From Oligoflexales bacterium (GTDB taxonomy: Bacteria; Bdellovibrionota_B; Oligoflexia; Oligoflexales; Bog-1112), in contig JBGCDR010000229.1 in the NCBI GenBank assembly GCA_045105515.1, forward strand, positions 1-26,088: a DNA stretch of 26,088 nt, given 5' to 3'. Positions within the stretch are counted from its first letter, which is position 1. Each line of letters begins with the position of its first letter. Under the pieces are notes generated by a model. It saw only the letters and a program-made list of their open reading frames with translations, was not told where the DNA came from and made no database searches. The translations under genes were made by a program, and so were the position numbers. Positions 7,875 to 18,361 of the stretch are shown here, in pieces.

Positions 7875-9707
7875 ATGTGTGGAATTATTGGATATAATGG
7901 TCAAAAATCCTGTGTAGATCTTATCTATTCCGGCCTTCAGAAACTTGAGTATCGGGGTTATGACTCCTCGGGAGTTGCTGTGCTTGCCAACGATAAGATC
8001 AATTTAGTAAAACAAAAAGGGAAGTTAAGCCAATTGCTACCCTTTCTAGGGAGCTTACCTCAAGACGCGAGCCTAGGTATGGGGCACACACGCTGGGCAA
8101 CTCATGGAGTTCCATCTACGGAAAATGCCCATCCTCATGGTGAAGAGCGCGTTTCTATCGTTCACAACGGAATTTTAGAGAATTACAATGAGTTGAAGAT
8201 CAAGCTACTTGAAAAGGGACAGCGATTTTTATCAGAGACTGATTCGGAAGTGATCGTTCACCTCCTCCATGATGAGCTTGCTGTTGTAGCTGATGTTCGC
8301 AAAGCGATTTTAAATATTGTCAGAGAATTACAAGGAGCCTATGCACTTGGCATTATGGCCCATGACCACCCGGACGATATCTATGTTGTGAAGCAGGCTT
8401 CACCTTTGGTGATTGGGATTGGGGAGAACGAAAACTTTTTTGCTAGTGATGCCCTCGCTCTCCTGGCTCATACAAAGAAGTTTATCTTTCTTAATGACGG
8501 TGAGATTGCTCGTATTGGTAAAGATAGTGTTGAAATATGGGATTTCTACGGAGCTAATAAAGAGCCTCAAGTTATTACGGTAGATTCTTCAGAGGCCTCT
8601 TTAGAAAAAGGTGGCTTTAGGCACTACATGTTAAAAGAGATATACGAGCAGCCAGCAGTCGTTGCTAATACTATTCAGCGCATGGTTCACAAGGACCAAA
8701 AAACGTTTGACGAGAAACTCCTTTGTACAAAAGAAATTGACTTGACGAATATTCGCAAGGTTCACATAGTAGCATGCGGAACTGCTTACTATGCTGGGAT
8801 GATGGGCAAGTACATTTTGGAGCCTAAGTTGGAGGTTCCAGTAGAAGTAGAGTTAGCAAGTGAGTTTCGTTATCGCGAATCTTTTCTCAATGAAAACACC
8901 CTTATCATTGCTGTAACCCAATCAGGAGAAACGGCAGATACGCTTGCCAGTATTAAACATGCGAAGACAAGAGGTTGTAAGACTTTAGCAATCTGCAATG
9001 TTCCTTATTCTTCAATTCCGCGCGAATGTGACGCCACGATTTATATGGAGGCTGGGCCAGAAATAGGGGTCGCTTCAACAAAAGCATTTACTTCTATGGT
9101 CCTCAATTTTTATCTTTTAGGCTTAGCCTGGGGCCGACGCTTAGGCATTTTTTCCCAGGAGCAGCTGCAAAATAGCCTCGAATCTCTTGTAAAGTTGCCG
9201 AGTCTCATGGAACAAGCTTTAGGCCATGAAGGACTAATTTCAAATATTGCTGGTAGCTACTTTGAGGATCATCATTGTTTATTTTTAGGGCGTGGATTTC
9301 AGTATCCCATTGCTTTAGAAGGTGCCCTGAAACTTAAGGAAATATCGTATATTCACGCTGAAGGCTATGCTGGGGGAGAGCTTAAGCATGGTGCAATTGC
9401 ACTTATTGACCGCTCAATGCCAGTTTTAGCGATCGCCCCACCACTATCTGATTACGAAAAGGTCCTTTCAAATCTTGAAGAGATTTATGCCCGCGAAGGG
9501 CGTATTTTAGGTCTTGGTTTGCCGGATGATCAAAAACTTAAAGCACTATGTGCTGATATTATTCCTTGCCCGTTTATAGATGATCCGGCTTTGCAGGCAA
9601 TACTTTGTAGTGTTCCCCTGCAGTTATTTGCATATTCTATGGCGGTTCATCGAGGAACTGATGTAGATCAACCGCGTAACTTAGCTAAGTCCGTCACGGT
9701 AGAGTAG
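7875..9707 (+). CDS. glmS: glutamine--fructose-6-phosphate aminotransferase (isomerizing)
   Basis: MCGIIG start, LEYRGYDSSG, GHTRWATHG, QSGETADT, GPEIGVASTKAF, C-terminal PRNLAKSVTVE; TAAGGA RBS. Confidence 0.98.
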   Translation: MCGIIGYNGQKSCVDLIYSGLQKLEYRGYDSSGVAVLANDKINLVKQKGKLSQLLPFLGSLPQDASLGMGHTRWATHGVPSTENAHPHGEERVSIVHNGILENYNELKIKLLEKGQRFLSETDSEVIVHLLHDELAVVADVRKAILNIVRELQGAYALGIMAHDHPDDIYVVKQASPLVIGIGENENFFASDALALLAHTKKFIFLNDGEIARIGKDSVEIWDFYGANKEPQVITVDSSEASLEKGGFRHYMLKEIYEQPAVVANTIQRMVHKDQKTFDEKLLCTKEIDLTNIRKVHIVACGTAYYAGMMGKYILEPKLEVPVEVELASEFRYRESFLNENTLIIAVTQSGETADTLASIKHAKTRGCKTLAICNVPYSSIPRECDATIYMEAGPEIGVASTKAFTSMVLNFYLLGLAWGRRLGIFSQEQLQNSLESLVKLPSLMEQALGHEGLISNIAGSYFEDHHCLFLGRGFQYPIALEGALKLKEISYIHAEGYAGGELKHGAIALIDRSMPVLAIAPPLSDYEKVLSNLEEIYAREGRILGLGLPDDQKLKALCADIIPCPFIDDPALQAILCSVPLQLFAYSMAVHRGTDVDQPRNLAKSVTVE

Positions 9708-9754
9708 TCCTTAAAAAACTAAACTCCTCAGCTTTGCACTATAAGGTTAAATGG

Positions 9755-11914
9755 ATGTTTCAAAAACCTCATAATACTAGCCAGGATTCGATTCTAACGG
9801 CTTTGAACGATATTCAGAAAAAAGCAGTTTTGCATGAAAATGGCCCTATGGTGGTCTTTGCTGGGGCTGGGAGTGGAAAAACCCGAATTATAACTGCTCG
9901 TATTGCTTATCTAATTGCTGGAGGAGTTCACCCTTCGCAAATTTTAGCCGTAACCTTTACAAATAAAGCTGCAAGAGAAATGAAAGAAAGGGTTGAAAGC
10001 TTGAACTCCAATGGTTTTGGAGTTCATATAGGGACCTTTCATTCTGCTTGTGCTCGGTGGCTAAGAGAATTTGCGCCTAAATTGGGTTTTCAAAGTGATT
10101 TTTCAATCTATGATGATAAAGATGCTTTAGGTGCGCTAAAGTTGGTGTTAAAAGAGCTAAATATCAAGCTTGAGGACACTTCTGCTAATGAATATAAAGC
10201 AGCCATTGCTAAAGCGAAAGTCTTAGGCTGGTTACCTTCGGATGCAGAGAAACTATCAAGCCAATATGTAAGCTTTTTCCCAGATCTTGGTATTCAAGTA
10301 TATAGGCGCTACCAAGAGTATCTTGCCATGTGTAATGCAATGGATTTTTCTGATCTGTTGATGAATATGCTTCTTTTGCTCAAAAGAGATAAACAGGTAA
10401 GGATGATCTTGCAAAAGCGTTATCGTTACATACTGGTTGATGAATACCAGGATACTAATCCCACTCAGTTTAGCCTGATATCGTGCTTGGTGAACGATGA
10501 TCAAAACTTATGTGTTGTGGGCGATGATGATCAATCAATATACTCCTGGCGTGGTGCTGATCCTGCAAATATTCTCGAATTTAGGCGCCATTACCCACAG
10601 GCCAAGGAAATTAGGCTCGAACAAAATTATCGATGTACCAAAAACATCATTGCAGCAGCAAGTGCTGTAATATCTAAAAATACTGTTAGAGCTGAAAAAA
10701 CTCTGTGGACAGAAAATGATCCAGGGGAATCTATTGATTATCATATTGCCTATGATGGTGAAATGGAATCTTCAGCAGTGGTTGATAGCATCCATAAAGA
10801 GAAATCTATATTTCCGTTTCATGAAGTTGCGATTTTCTATCGAACTAATGCTCAATCCAGGCAAATTGAAGATAGCCTTCTTAAGCAAAATATTCCTTAT
10901 CGGATTTATGGAGCTTTGCGCTTCTATGACCGTGCTGAAATTAAGGACCTGCTTGCATACTTGCGATTAATCGTTAACGACCAAGATGATATTGCTTTTC
11001 ATCGGATTATCAATATTCCTGCTAGGGGAATTGGAAAAAAGGCTTTGGAACAAGTTCAAGAACGAGCAAGAGAAGAGGGGATAGCAAGCCTCCATGCAGC
11101 CACTAAAATGGCTAAAGAACAAATTCCGAGGCTCTCAAATAAGTTGAAAGTCTTTATGCTTGAATTTGAAAACTTGAAAGCAAAAGTTCTTGCAAGCCCT
11201 CTTTCCGATATTCTTGCAAGCTTACTTGGTCTTATCGATTATAAATCTTATTTGGAAAAAAAATTTCCAGATCAAGTTAGCGATAAAATGGCAAATATTC
11301 ATGAGCTTGGTGCCGCGTTAGCAGATTATTCAGAGTCATCACCAAACGCAAGCCTGAGTGAATGGTTAAAGGATGTGTCTCTAAGTGGTAGCGAAAAAGA
11401 GGCCAATGGTGGGGTTTGCTTAATGACTCTACACTCAGCGAAAGGCTTAGAATTTTCTCGGGTCTACATTTTAGGCTTGGAAGATGGTCTTCTCCCGCAT
11501 GCAAACTCTCAGGATGATCTGGACGAACTTGAAGAAGAACGGAGGTTATTTTATGTGGGAATTACAAGGGCCTGTAAAAAACTTTCACTTCACTCTGCCC
11601 GTAAACGTCGGATTTTCAACCAGTGGATGGCAAATGAAGAGTCGAGATTTCTCAAAGAAATACCTGCAAATCTATTGACTCCAAAAAGTTCAATCTCTAC
11701 TAATAGGAGTTTGAATGGCGGGAGTTATGGGACCATGCCCACTCCTGCTGGGATGCAAGTGGGTGCCTATGTCTCACATCCAACTTTCGGTCGTGGAATT
11801 GTAGCATCAGTTGAAGGTGGAACCCTTCCTCCGAAAGCGATTGTTGAATTTAAAGAATTTGGGAAGAGAAAAATTGCCCTCCATCATCTCAAGCAGGTGT
11901 CGAGCCTAAGTTAA
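9755..11914 (+). CDS. pcrA: ATP-dependent DNA helicase UvrD/PcrA
   Basis: AGAGSGKT, VTFTNKAAREM, VDEYQDTN, VGDDDQSIYSWRGA, LEQNYR, MTLHSAKGLEF, EEERRLFYVGITRA, C-terminal tudor-like HPTFGRG. ATG 9755 preferred; the ORF is open from 9734. Confidence 0.93.
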   Translation: MFQKPHNTSQDSILTALNDIQKKAVLHENGPMVVFAGAGSGKTRIITARIAYLIAGGVHPSQILAVTFTNKAAREMKERVESLNSNGFGVHIGTFHSACARWLREFAPKLGFQSDFSIYDDKDALGALKLVLKELNIKLEDTSANEYKAAIAKAKVLGWLPSDAEKLSSQYVSFFPDLGIQVYRRYQEYLAMCNAMDFSDLLMNMLLLLKRDKQVRMILQKRYRYILVDEYQDTNPTQFSLISCLVNDDQNLCVVGDDDQSIYSWRGADPANILEFRRHYPQAKEIRLEQNYRCTKNIIAAASAVISKNTVRAEKTLWTENDPGESIDYHIAYDGEMESSAVVDSIHKEKSIFPFHEVAIFYRTNAQSRQIEDSLLKQNIPYRIYGALRFYDRAEIKDLLAYLRLIVNDQDDIAFHRIINIPARGIGKKALEQVQERAREEGIASLHAATKMAKEQIPRLSNKLKVFMLEFENLKAKVLASPLSDILASLLGLIDYKSYLEKKFPDQVSDKMANIHELGAALADYSESSPNASLSEWLKDVSLSGSEKEANGGVCLMTLHSAKGLEFSRVYILGLEDGLLPHANSQDDLDELEEERRLFYVGITRACKKLSLHSARKRRIFNQWMANEESRFLKEIPANLLTPKSSISTNRSLNGGSYGTMPTPAGMQVGAYVSHPTFGRGIVASVEGGTLPPKAIVEFKEFGKRKIALHHLKQVSSLS

Positions 11915-11945
11915 GGTATCTATCTTTATTAATTAGGAATAAATC

Positions 11946-12701
11946 ATGCATGAATTGATGTTGTGCTTGACTGGTTTAGGTGCTGGTTTGATGGGTGGTT
12001 TTTTGGGGATTGGTGGTGGAATTCTCCTCGTCCCTTTATTAATCTTTTTGGGACATGACTATGTCAGTGCTGTGGCTACTAGTTCTTTCGGAGTCCTCAT
12101 CATATCTTTTTCGGGAACAGTGAGAAACTTACACAAAAAATCTATTTCTTTAGCTGATATTTCTCTTATGGGGAGTGCTGCAGTAGTGACAGCATACCTT
12201 GGGGCGATGGCTGTGTCTGTGGTTCACCAGAGTTTTGCAAAGATTCTTTTTGCTATAATGCTATTTTGTTTGCCTGTGCTTCAAAAAATCAAATCTAAGA
12301 CGCCTAATAATCCCCATGAGAGTTTTCGATTCCCAAAGCATTTAACCTATTTTTTTGCAGGAAGCATAGCAGGAGTCCTAGCGGGTTTCTTTGGGGTTGG
12401 TGGTGGAGTGATCTTGGTTCCAATTCAAGTTTTTTTATTAAATACACCGCTCAAGCAAGCTGTACCAACAAGTTTGGGGGTGATTGTTTTTGGAGCAGGC
12501 TCGGCCTGCATTCGCTATAGTTTGGAAAATCATATTGATTTTGTATCTGGAGCGTTCCTTGGTCTGGGAGGCTTCTTAGGAGTTTTGGTCAGTTCAAATT
12601 ACCTACCTAAAGTTAAAGAACGCTACATCCATTTTTCCTTTAACGGTTTGGTTGTAGCCATTGGCTCTTATTTTCTTTACAAGGCTTATCAAGGTCTATA
12701 G
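11946..12701 (+). CDS. TauE/SafE (TSUP) family membrane transporter
   Basis: Internally duplicated G-rich motif GFLGIGGGILLVP / GFFGVGGGVILVP with A..TS; multiple hydrophobic helices. Confidence 0.88.
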   Translation: MHELMLCLTGLGAGLMGGFLGIGGGILLVPLLIFLGHDYVSAVATSSFGVLIISFSGTVRNLHKKSISLADISLMGSAAVVTAYLGAMAVSVVHQSFAKILFAIMLFCLPVLQKIKSKTPNNPHESFRFPKHLTYFFAGSIAGVLAGFFGVGGGVILVPIQVFLLNTPLKQAVPTSLGVIVFGAGSACIRYSLENHIDFVSGAFLGLGGFLGVLVSSNYLPKVKERYIHFSFNGLVVAIGSYFLYKAYQGL

Positions 12702-12736
12702 GTGGGTTAGTAGCCTGAAAACAAAAAAAGGAATTC

Positions 12737-14578
12737 ATGAACAAGGTTTACCTATTCCAATTAGGAGGTTTTTTCATTTCCTCGATGATGCAGATCATTT
12801 TGGTATATCTCGCAGCATGTTTGAGCATAAAAAATTGGGTTTATATCTACTGTACCTTAATCTTGGGTATCAGTTCCCTTTTATGTTTTAAAGGATTTAT
12901 GGGAATTCTGTATCTTGAGCATTTTATTCTGCTGTTCATGGGATTAGCGCTTGTCTATGCTCAGAGGAAAAGAAGAGTCTCCTTCTTGTCTTTTATAAAA
13001 TTTTCTGAGTTCAAAGGACCGGTCTTCTTCGCTCTTTTTGCCGGATTATGCTTAGAACAATTATATGCTGGGCTTCCAGTTTATAGGCCTGATCTTTGGG
13101 ATTATCACCTGACGATTTCAAAAATTGTTAGCAATTCTGGAAAACTATTAGCTCCCATATTTAACGATCACATCTATTTTTCTTGAGTCTATGAATACTT
13201 CTTCGTATTGTTTAGAGCTATTATTCACCATGATGTATTGATGCAATCGGTTGCAACAGTGTTCTCATTACAGTCCATACTTATTCTTTTTGGTTGGGTA
13301 AGTTATTACTGGATGCAGAAAACCGAAAAGCCATTTTTGTATACTTTTTATACCCTGTCTTTTGCTTATTTTGCACTCCCCTCTCATAATATGGTGTCAA
13401 ATGCAAAAATAGAGCCTTTGCTTGTCGGTTTTGCCTGCTTGATATTAACGACTATTCACCGATTGCATGCAAAAAAATCAAATTTTTTAAATTTCATGCT
13501 TGGCTTTTTACTGCTTGCACCTATTGCTGGAAAGATCATTTGGATTCATTTTATGGTTTGTACCTGCCTGCTCTTGATTATCCCACCTAAGACCCTTAGG
13601 AATCAGCTTTCAATCCCATTTTTGGCATTAGGGGGAGCCTGTGGAGCTCTGCTAACGCTCCCCTTTTTTTTGAAGAATTATTATTTTTTTGGCAACCCCA
13701 TTCACCCAATTCAAGCCGGTTTTTTCAGCTCAGCTCGCTTTAGCCCATATATGGCATGGTACTGGCAAAAAATTTCAGCAAAGGCTGAATCTATAGCTGA
13801 ATTTGCAGATATTCTTGTTTCTTTACCTTTGGGAGTGTTCCCTGCTGTCAAGTATTTAGTAATGGGCTTAGGAGCTTTTGTCGGTATCAAGTCACTGAAA
13901 ACCTTTATTCTTAAGGAGCAATGGTTTTTGAGGGTTATTGTTTGTTTACTTACGATAGCTACGCTAATATGGCCATTTTTTTACAGCTCGAATATTTTTC
14001 CAAGGTTCTATTTTCCATTGCTATCCCTGCTAATAATCCCATTTTTTTTGTTTTTTTCTAGATCGCAAAAAAAAGGAGCACCTATATTATTGCTGTTAAT
14101 TCCATTAATTTTACAATCATCAGCTGAAGTTAAGTTAGTTAAAATATTTAAGACAGCAGGTTTAGACCTCAATAATTTTTATGCCTATTTGCCTTCACCT
14201 ATGCCCGAAAGAAATTTTATTCAAGCAATTAATAAGCATAGAAGAATCAATTTTCCACATGCTACTCTACATGAGGCTGTCACTCTAGCAGATTCTCCAA
14301 GAGCATATTTTTACGACGGATTATTTATGTATTGGGCTGGAATGGACTATGACTGGCATTTAAAAGGGTTTCAGCAAAAAAAAGGTACTGATAAATGTAT
14401 TTGGTCCTTCTTAAAGGAATTTAGAATTCATTATCTATACTCTGTCACTGGAGAGCAAGCAAACTGGGGTGACGAGTATCAAGAGGTTTGGAGCAAATCA
14501 ACCCCAATTGGCCCATTTACAAATATAGGGTATCTTTCTGATGAACTGCTTATGAAAGAAGCTTCTAAATGCAGATAA
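12737..14578 (+). pseudogene. polytopic membrane protein (GT-C/ArnT-like by inference) interrupted by one in-frame TGA at 13184-13186
   Basis: ORFs 12737-13186 and 13208-14578 share a frame separated only by TGA (…DHIYFS*VYEYFFVLFRA…); 613 codons if joined. PDLWDYHL loop and KNYYFFGNPIHP resemble GT-C-like membrane proteins. Confidence 0.65.
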
Positions 14579-14586
14579 ATCCCTGT

Positions 14587-15363
14587 TTATTCTTTTCCTT
14601 CTCGATAAGCAATCGCTTCACCAATTAAGTCCTGCGTTTTTTTGATAATTTTTTTGTGAAAGCGATTCAGCTGGCGTTTGAAGGCTTGGGGATCCTCTTT
14701 GGGCTTGGGGGGTGTGATCGGTTCACTTAAAAAGTGCATAAGTTTGACTTTTCTCGGAAATGGGGTGAAGCCAACTCCTCGAGCCATGAATAAGGGGACT
14801 TTAAACTTTTTATAAGCCCAAGCTGTGAGTGGGTTGTGATATATATCGTAAAGGTCATCAGCTTTAGGGCATACAGCCACAATAACTGGAGCATTTGTTT
14901 CCATTGCAAGGCGAGCAAAACCTTTGCGTCGTTCCCATAAAATTTGATAGCGCTCTGTTGAAGGTCTAAGAGCTTCTCGCATTCCTCCAGGCGCAACCCC
15001 GATGAGCTCATCATTTTGTAGTAGTTTTAGAGCGTTAGTCTGAACGCCATCTACAGCACCAAGTTCTTCAATTAGCTCTCCAAGATAGGGGATTTTAAAG
15101 AATAGGTGGTCGGCCAAAGGTCTAGGGATTCTGCCGCATCTGTCATAGATTTCGAGGAACAACAAAGCCATATCATAGGTTGCTAAGCTGTGGTTACAAG
15201 CAATGATTGCTCTGCCCTTGTCAGGAACATTGTCTAGCCCAATGACCTCATAACTGTGATATTGCCGTATAGCGTTAAGAAAAGGGTATACTTTCTGAAC
15301 TACACTTGGGTTAATATCGTCTCCGCGCTCTATCATCATCGAACAGCCTTTGGATACACTCAC
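14587..15363 (-). CDS. lysophospholipid/diacylglycerol acyltransferase family protein (PlsC/DGAT2-like)
   Basis: IIACNHSLATYD, LADHLFFKIP, VAPGGMREA, RKGFARLA. The true start may be the ATG of MMIER. Confidence 0.85.
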   Translation of the reverse strand: MSVSKGCSMMIERGDDINPSVVQKVYPFLNAIRQYHSYEVIGLDNVPDKGRAIIACNHSLATYDMALLFLEIYDRCGRIPRPLADHLFFKIPYLGELIEELGAVDGVQTNALKLLQNDELIGVAPGGMREALRPSTERYQILWERRKGFARLAMETNAPVIVAVCPKADDLYDIYHNPLTAWAYKKFKVPLFMARGVGFTPFPRKVKLMHFLSEPITPPKPKEDPQAFKRQLNRFHKKIIKKTQDLIGEAIAYREGKE

Positions 15364-15470
15364 TTTTAGTTTTGACCGCCCTTGATTATAATGCTTTCTC
15401 TGAGGATATCAATGGACCAATGGATGAGGTCCTGATTTAACGAATTGTTCAAAATTTTGAAATAAGCGTA

Positions 15471-16607
15471 TTGCTGGGAGGATATGGATTGCAGAAGCCT
15501 TTTGAACTTGTTATTGAAGCGCATCCCGATTCTCTATTCTGCACCTCAAAAATTTACCGCAAGTTATACTTTGCTTCCTTGGTAAAGCAGGGCTTTCACT
15601 CTTGCATAATCTTGGCTGAGCAAGAACTTTCTGATTTTGACCAAGAATTTTCATTTAAGCAGCTTACTAGAAGGGCATGGACAGAAAATCGCCCGCCTTT
15701 AGCAGAGAAGCTAATATTCATTAGCGATCAAAATTTTGTGTGCTTAGGTCTGAAAATGCTTTTACAAGATAGTCACTCATGCACCTTGGGGTTGAGGTTA
15801 GCGATTAATAATTATGAATACCCGTATTTTGATTCTAAAGCTTGCATTGTGCAAACGCGTTTTTTCGATGACAAATGGATAGATGCCTACGAATATGCTG
15901 GAGTTTTAGCCTGTGAATCGAGTCTATTTCTCAAGATTTTTTGTAGCAACAAATCTAATGAGGAAGTAATTAGATCATTGACTGAACTTTGCACTCCTAC
16001 AACCTATCTGCTGAGTGGGTTTATGGTGCAACAAGACTATACCCAGCTCAAGAGTTATTTAAGTCTTCCAATAAAACCATGCTTGTTTTTGGATCGAGAT
16101 GGAATTCTTAATGTAGATACTGGTTACCCTCATAAGCATGATCAATTTAAAGCAATAGATGGAATCATACCCATTATTCAGTGGGCCAAAAGCAAATCAT
16201 GGTGGGTGGTGGTAGTAACCAATCAGGCAGGTTTGGCAAAAGGAGTATTCAAAGAAGAAGACTACAAGAAATTCAGTTCGTACCTAAAGTCGTGGCTAGC
16301 TGAAAAAGAGGTCGAGCTTGATGCATGGTTTCACTGTCCTTTTCACCCTGATGGCAAACGTCAGGACTTAGCCTTTAAGAGTCTAAAACGGAAACCTTAT
16401 CCGGGAATGGTTCTGGAAGCAATGGCCCAATTACCAATTAATCTAGAACGAAGTATTATAATCGGCGATAAAGAAAGCGATGTGTTGAATATTAAAGGTT
16501 TAAATACTCTCTTGATCGAGGGAAAGTATTGTTTACAGCTAAAAAACGATGTTCCAAAGGTTAGAAATCATGAACAAGCGTTGCGCTATTTGCAGTCAAA
16601 TTACTAG
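15471..16607 (+). CDS. gmhB: HAD-IIIA phosphatase, GmhB-like (D-glycero-D-manno-heptose 1,7-bisphosphate phosphatase), with ~200-aa N-terminal extension
   Basis: LFLDRDGILN, VVTNQAG, CPFHP, RKPYPGM, IIGDKESD. Start codon uncertain. Confidence 0.8.
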   Translation: MLGGYGLQKPFELVIEAHPDSLFCTSKIYRKLYFASLVKQGFHSCIILAEQELSDFDQEFSFKQLTRRAWTENRPPLAEKLIFISDQNFVCLGLKMLLQDSHSCTLGLRLAINNYEYPYFDSKACIVQTRFFDDKWIDAYEYAGVLACESSLFLKIFCSNKSNEEVIRSLTELCTPTTYLLSGFMVQQDYTQLKSYLSLPIKPCLFLDRDGILNVDTGYPHKHDQFKAIDGIIPIIQWAKSKSWWVVVVTNQAGLAKGVFKEEDYKKFSSYLKSWLAEKEVELDAWFHCPFHPDGKRQDLAFKSLKRKPYPGMVLEAMAQLPINLERSIIIGDKESDVLNIKGLNTLLIEGKYCLQLKNDVPKVRNHEQALRYLQSNY

Positions 16608-16778
16608 GCTAACTAGATAGGCAAACATTTCATAAAAATACTATTAAATTTAATGACTTATGATTATTTGTGCATTTGCTGCAATAATATATAGGATTGA
16701 ATCGTCTTTTTAAAGGGTGTGCTCTAATTGGACAAAAATTGCCATCTTGAGTTTCAAGTACAAATAGAAAGAGAATTC

Positions 16779-17351
16779 ATGGTTTTTGAAAATGGTAAAA
16801 AAATATTGATTACTATCCTGTGTGCTTTTTTTTGCTTAGGAATGATTCAGGGTGAGAGTGCTAAAGCCAAGCAAAAATTGGGAATAATCGGTCAAAAGGC
16901 TCCAGAGTTAGGGTTAGATAACTGGATAGGAAAAGATGGAAAAAAGATTCCACCCGTAAAAATCTCTGATTATAGAGGTAAGTATGTCTACCTTTACTTT
17001 TTTCAGGATTGGTGCCCCGGATGCCAAAAATATGGTTTTCCAGCTTTAAAGAAGCTTACAGCAGCATTGTCCTCAGACAAAATAGCTTTCTTTGCGGTTC
17101 AAACAGTATTTGAAGGAGCTTGGACTAACACTTTTAAGAAATTGAGAAAGAATCAAATAGAACACGATGTATTTATTCCGATGGCTCATGATGATGGTGG
17201 CTCAACATACGAACGCTCAATACTTATGTCGAAATACCGGAGTGGGGGTACGCCTTGGACTGTTTTAATAGATCCAAGTGGTCGAGTTATTTTTAATGGT
17301 TTTCATATAAATGAAGAAAAATTAATTCACCACATACTAAACTTGAAGTGA
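16779..17351 (+). CDS. TlpA/redoxin-family thioredoxin-fold protein, probably exported
   Basis: FQDWCPGC (CxxC), GTPWTVLID cis-Pro loop, hydrophobic N-terminus. ATG 16779 preferred over TTG 16728. Confidence 0.82.
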   Translation: MVFENGKKILITILCAFFCLGMIQGESAKAKQKLGIIGQKAPELGLDNWIGKDGKKIPPVKISDYRGKYVYLYFFQDWCPGCQKYGFPALKKLTAALSSDKIAFFAVQTVFEGAWTNTFKKLRKNQIEHDVFIPMAHDDGGSTYERSILMSKYRSGGTPWTVLIDPSGRVIFNGFHINEEKLIHHILNLK

Positions 17352-17413
17352 CCTGCTTCAAGTAAATGGGTTTAATATCGGGATGCTTCGATGGTTCAAT
17401 AGAAGCCTAAAAT

Positions 17414-18361
17414 TTAGAGATTTAACTCACCAGAAAAAATAAAATTGGCGTCACCAGCAAGAAGGACCCCTTCATTAGCTTCAACCTGTTTTACAAATAC
17501 GGTTCCTCCCGGCATTTTAATTGCAATCCACTCACCCCTTGTAGTGAATCCTTGTGATAAAATACTTGCACCTATGGCACACGCTCCACTTCCACAGGCT
17601 TGAGTAGGGCCAACACCGCGTTCGTATACCCAAGCCTCGTAGAGGTCTCCAATAGGGGAGCCTAAGGCTTTCTTAGCTTCACTCAACTCAGAAATATTCC
17701 AAGATGCTTCCATGGCAATATGAACATTGATTCCATCCCAGTATGGAGTTTTTTGCAGTTTAGGTCCAAGCTGCATGAGAATTGATTCGGGTTCTTTGCA
17801 ATTTTCACAGAGAAATACAATGTGTTGATTACCAATCTCTGCAGAAAAAGCCTCACCTAAGTTTTTTGTCAGGTCAGAAAGTTCTTCCCCGCGTAACAGT
17901 TCTCGGTTCTTTGAATGCCAAGAATTCTGTTCGTTGAGCGCAAGTAAGCCCATATCAACAGCTATCATTGGAACTGGTTTGGAATTAGCCTCATGTAGAA
18001 ATTGACAAAGAAAGCTTCGTCCCTCAACACACAGCTCAACCTGCTCAAGAATCTCATCTTTTTTAAGTTCTTCTTGATGTCTTTGGTAGATGCTGGCTGC
18101 GGCACAACGAAGACCATTACCACAGTTTCTTGCTAATGAGCCATCCTGGTTAATGATGCTTAGATTTTTAGGAAATTCATCGCCATGATCTTTATTGAGA
18201 ACAAGAATACCATCAGCTCCGATGCCAAGACCTGTCCGATTGCAGAGTTGATTAGCTTGTCTTTGCAAGCTCGTAAGTAAATACTTAGACTCATTTGAAT
18301 TTGTCCAGATTACAATAAAGTCATTTTGGCAGCCGTGCCACTTTTCAAAAAGAATTTTCAA
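17414..18361 (-). CDS. dapF: diaminopimelate epimerase
   Basis: FEKWHGCQNDF, GIGADG, DGS..NCGNGLRC, GNQH, ERGVGPTQACGSGACA; both catalytic Cys present. Confidence 0.93.
   Translation of the reverse strand: MKILFEKWHGCQNDFIVIWTNSNESKYLLTSLQRQANQLCNRTGLGIGADGILVLNKDHGDEFPKNLSIINQDGSLARNCGNGLRCAAASIYQRHQEELKKDEILEQVELCVEGRSFLCQFLHEANSKPVPMIAVDMGLLALNEQNSWHSKNRELLRGEELSDLTKNLGEAFSAEIGNQHIVFLCENCKEPESILMQLGPKLQKTPYWDGINVHIAMEASWNISELSEAKKALGSPIGDLYEAWVYERGVGPTQACGSGACAIGASILSQGFTTRGEWIAIKMPGGTVFVKQVEANEGVLLAGDANFIFSGELNL

Noticed and set aside
10256..11678. Short alternative-frame and antisense ORFs inside the helicase gene
   Set aside because: Fully nested in a conserved gene with no independent coding evidence.
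13184..13186. Genome-wide UGA reassignment (code 4 or 25)
   Set aside because: TGA correctly ends yidC, yidD, rnpA, ribH and the regulator, often in ATGA overlaps.
13664..14383. Phase variation via T8/A8 runs in the membrane gene
   Set aside because: Runs of 7-8 are expected in AT-rich Phe/Lys codons, and the frame is intact across them.
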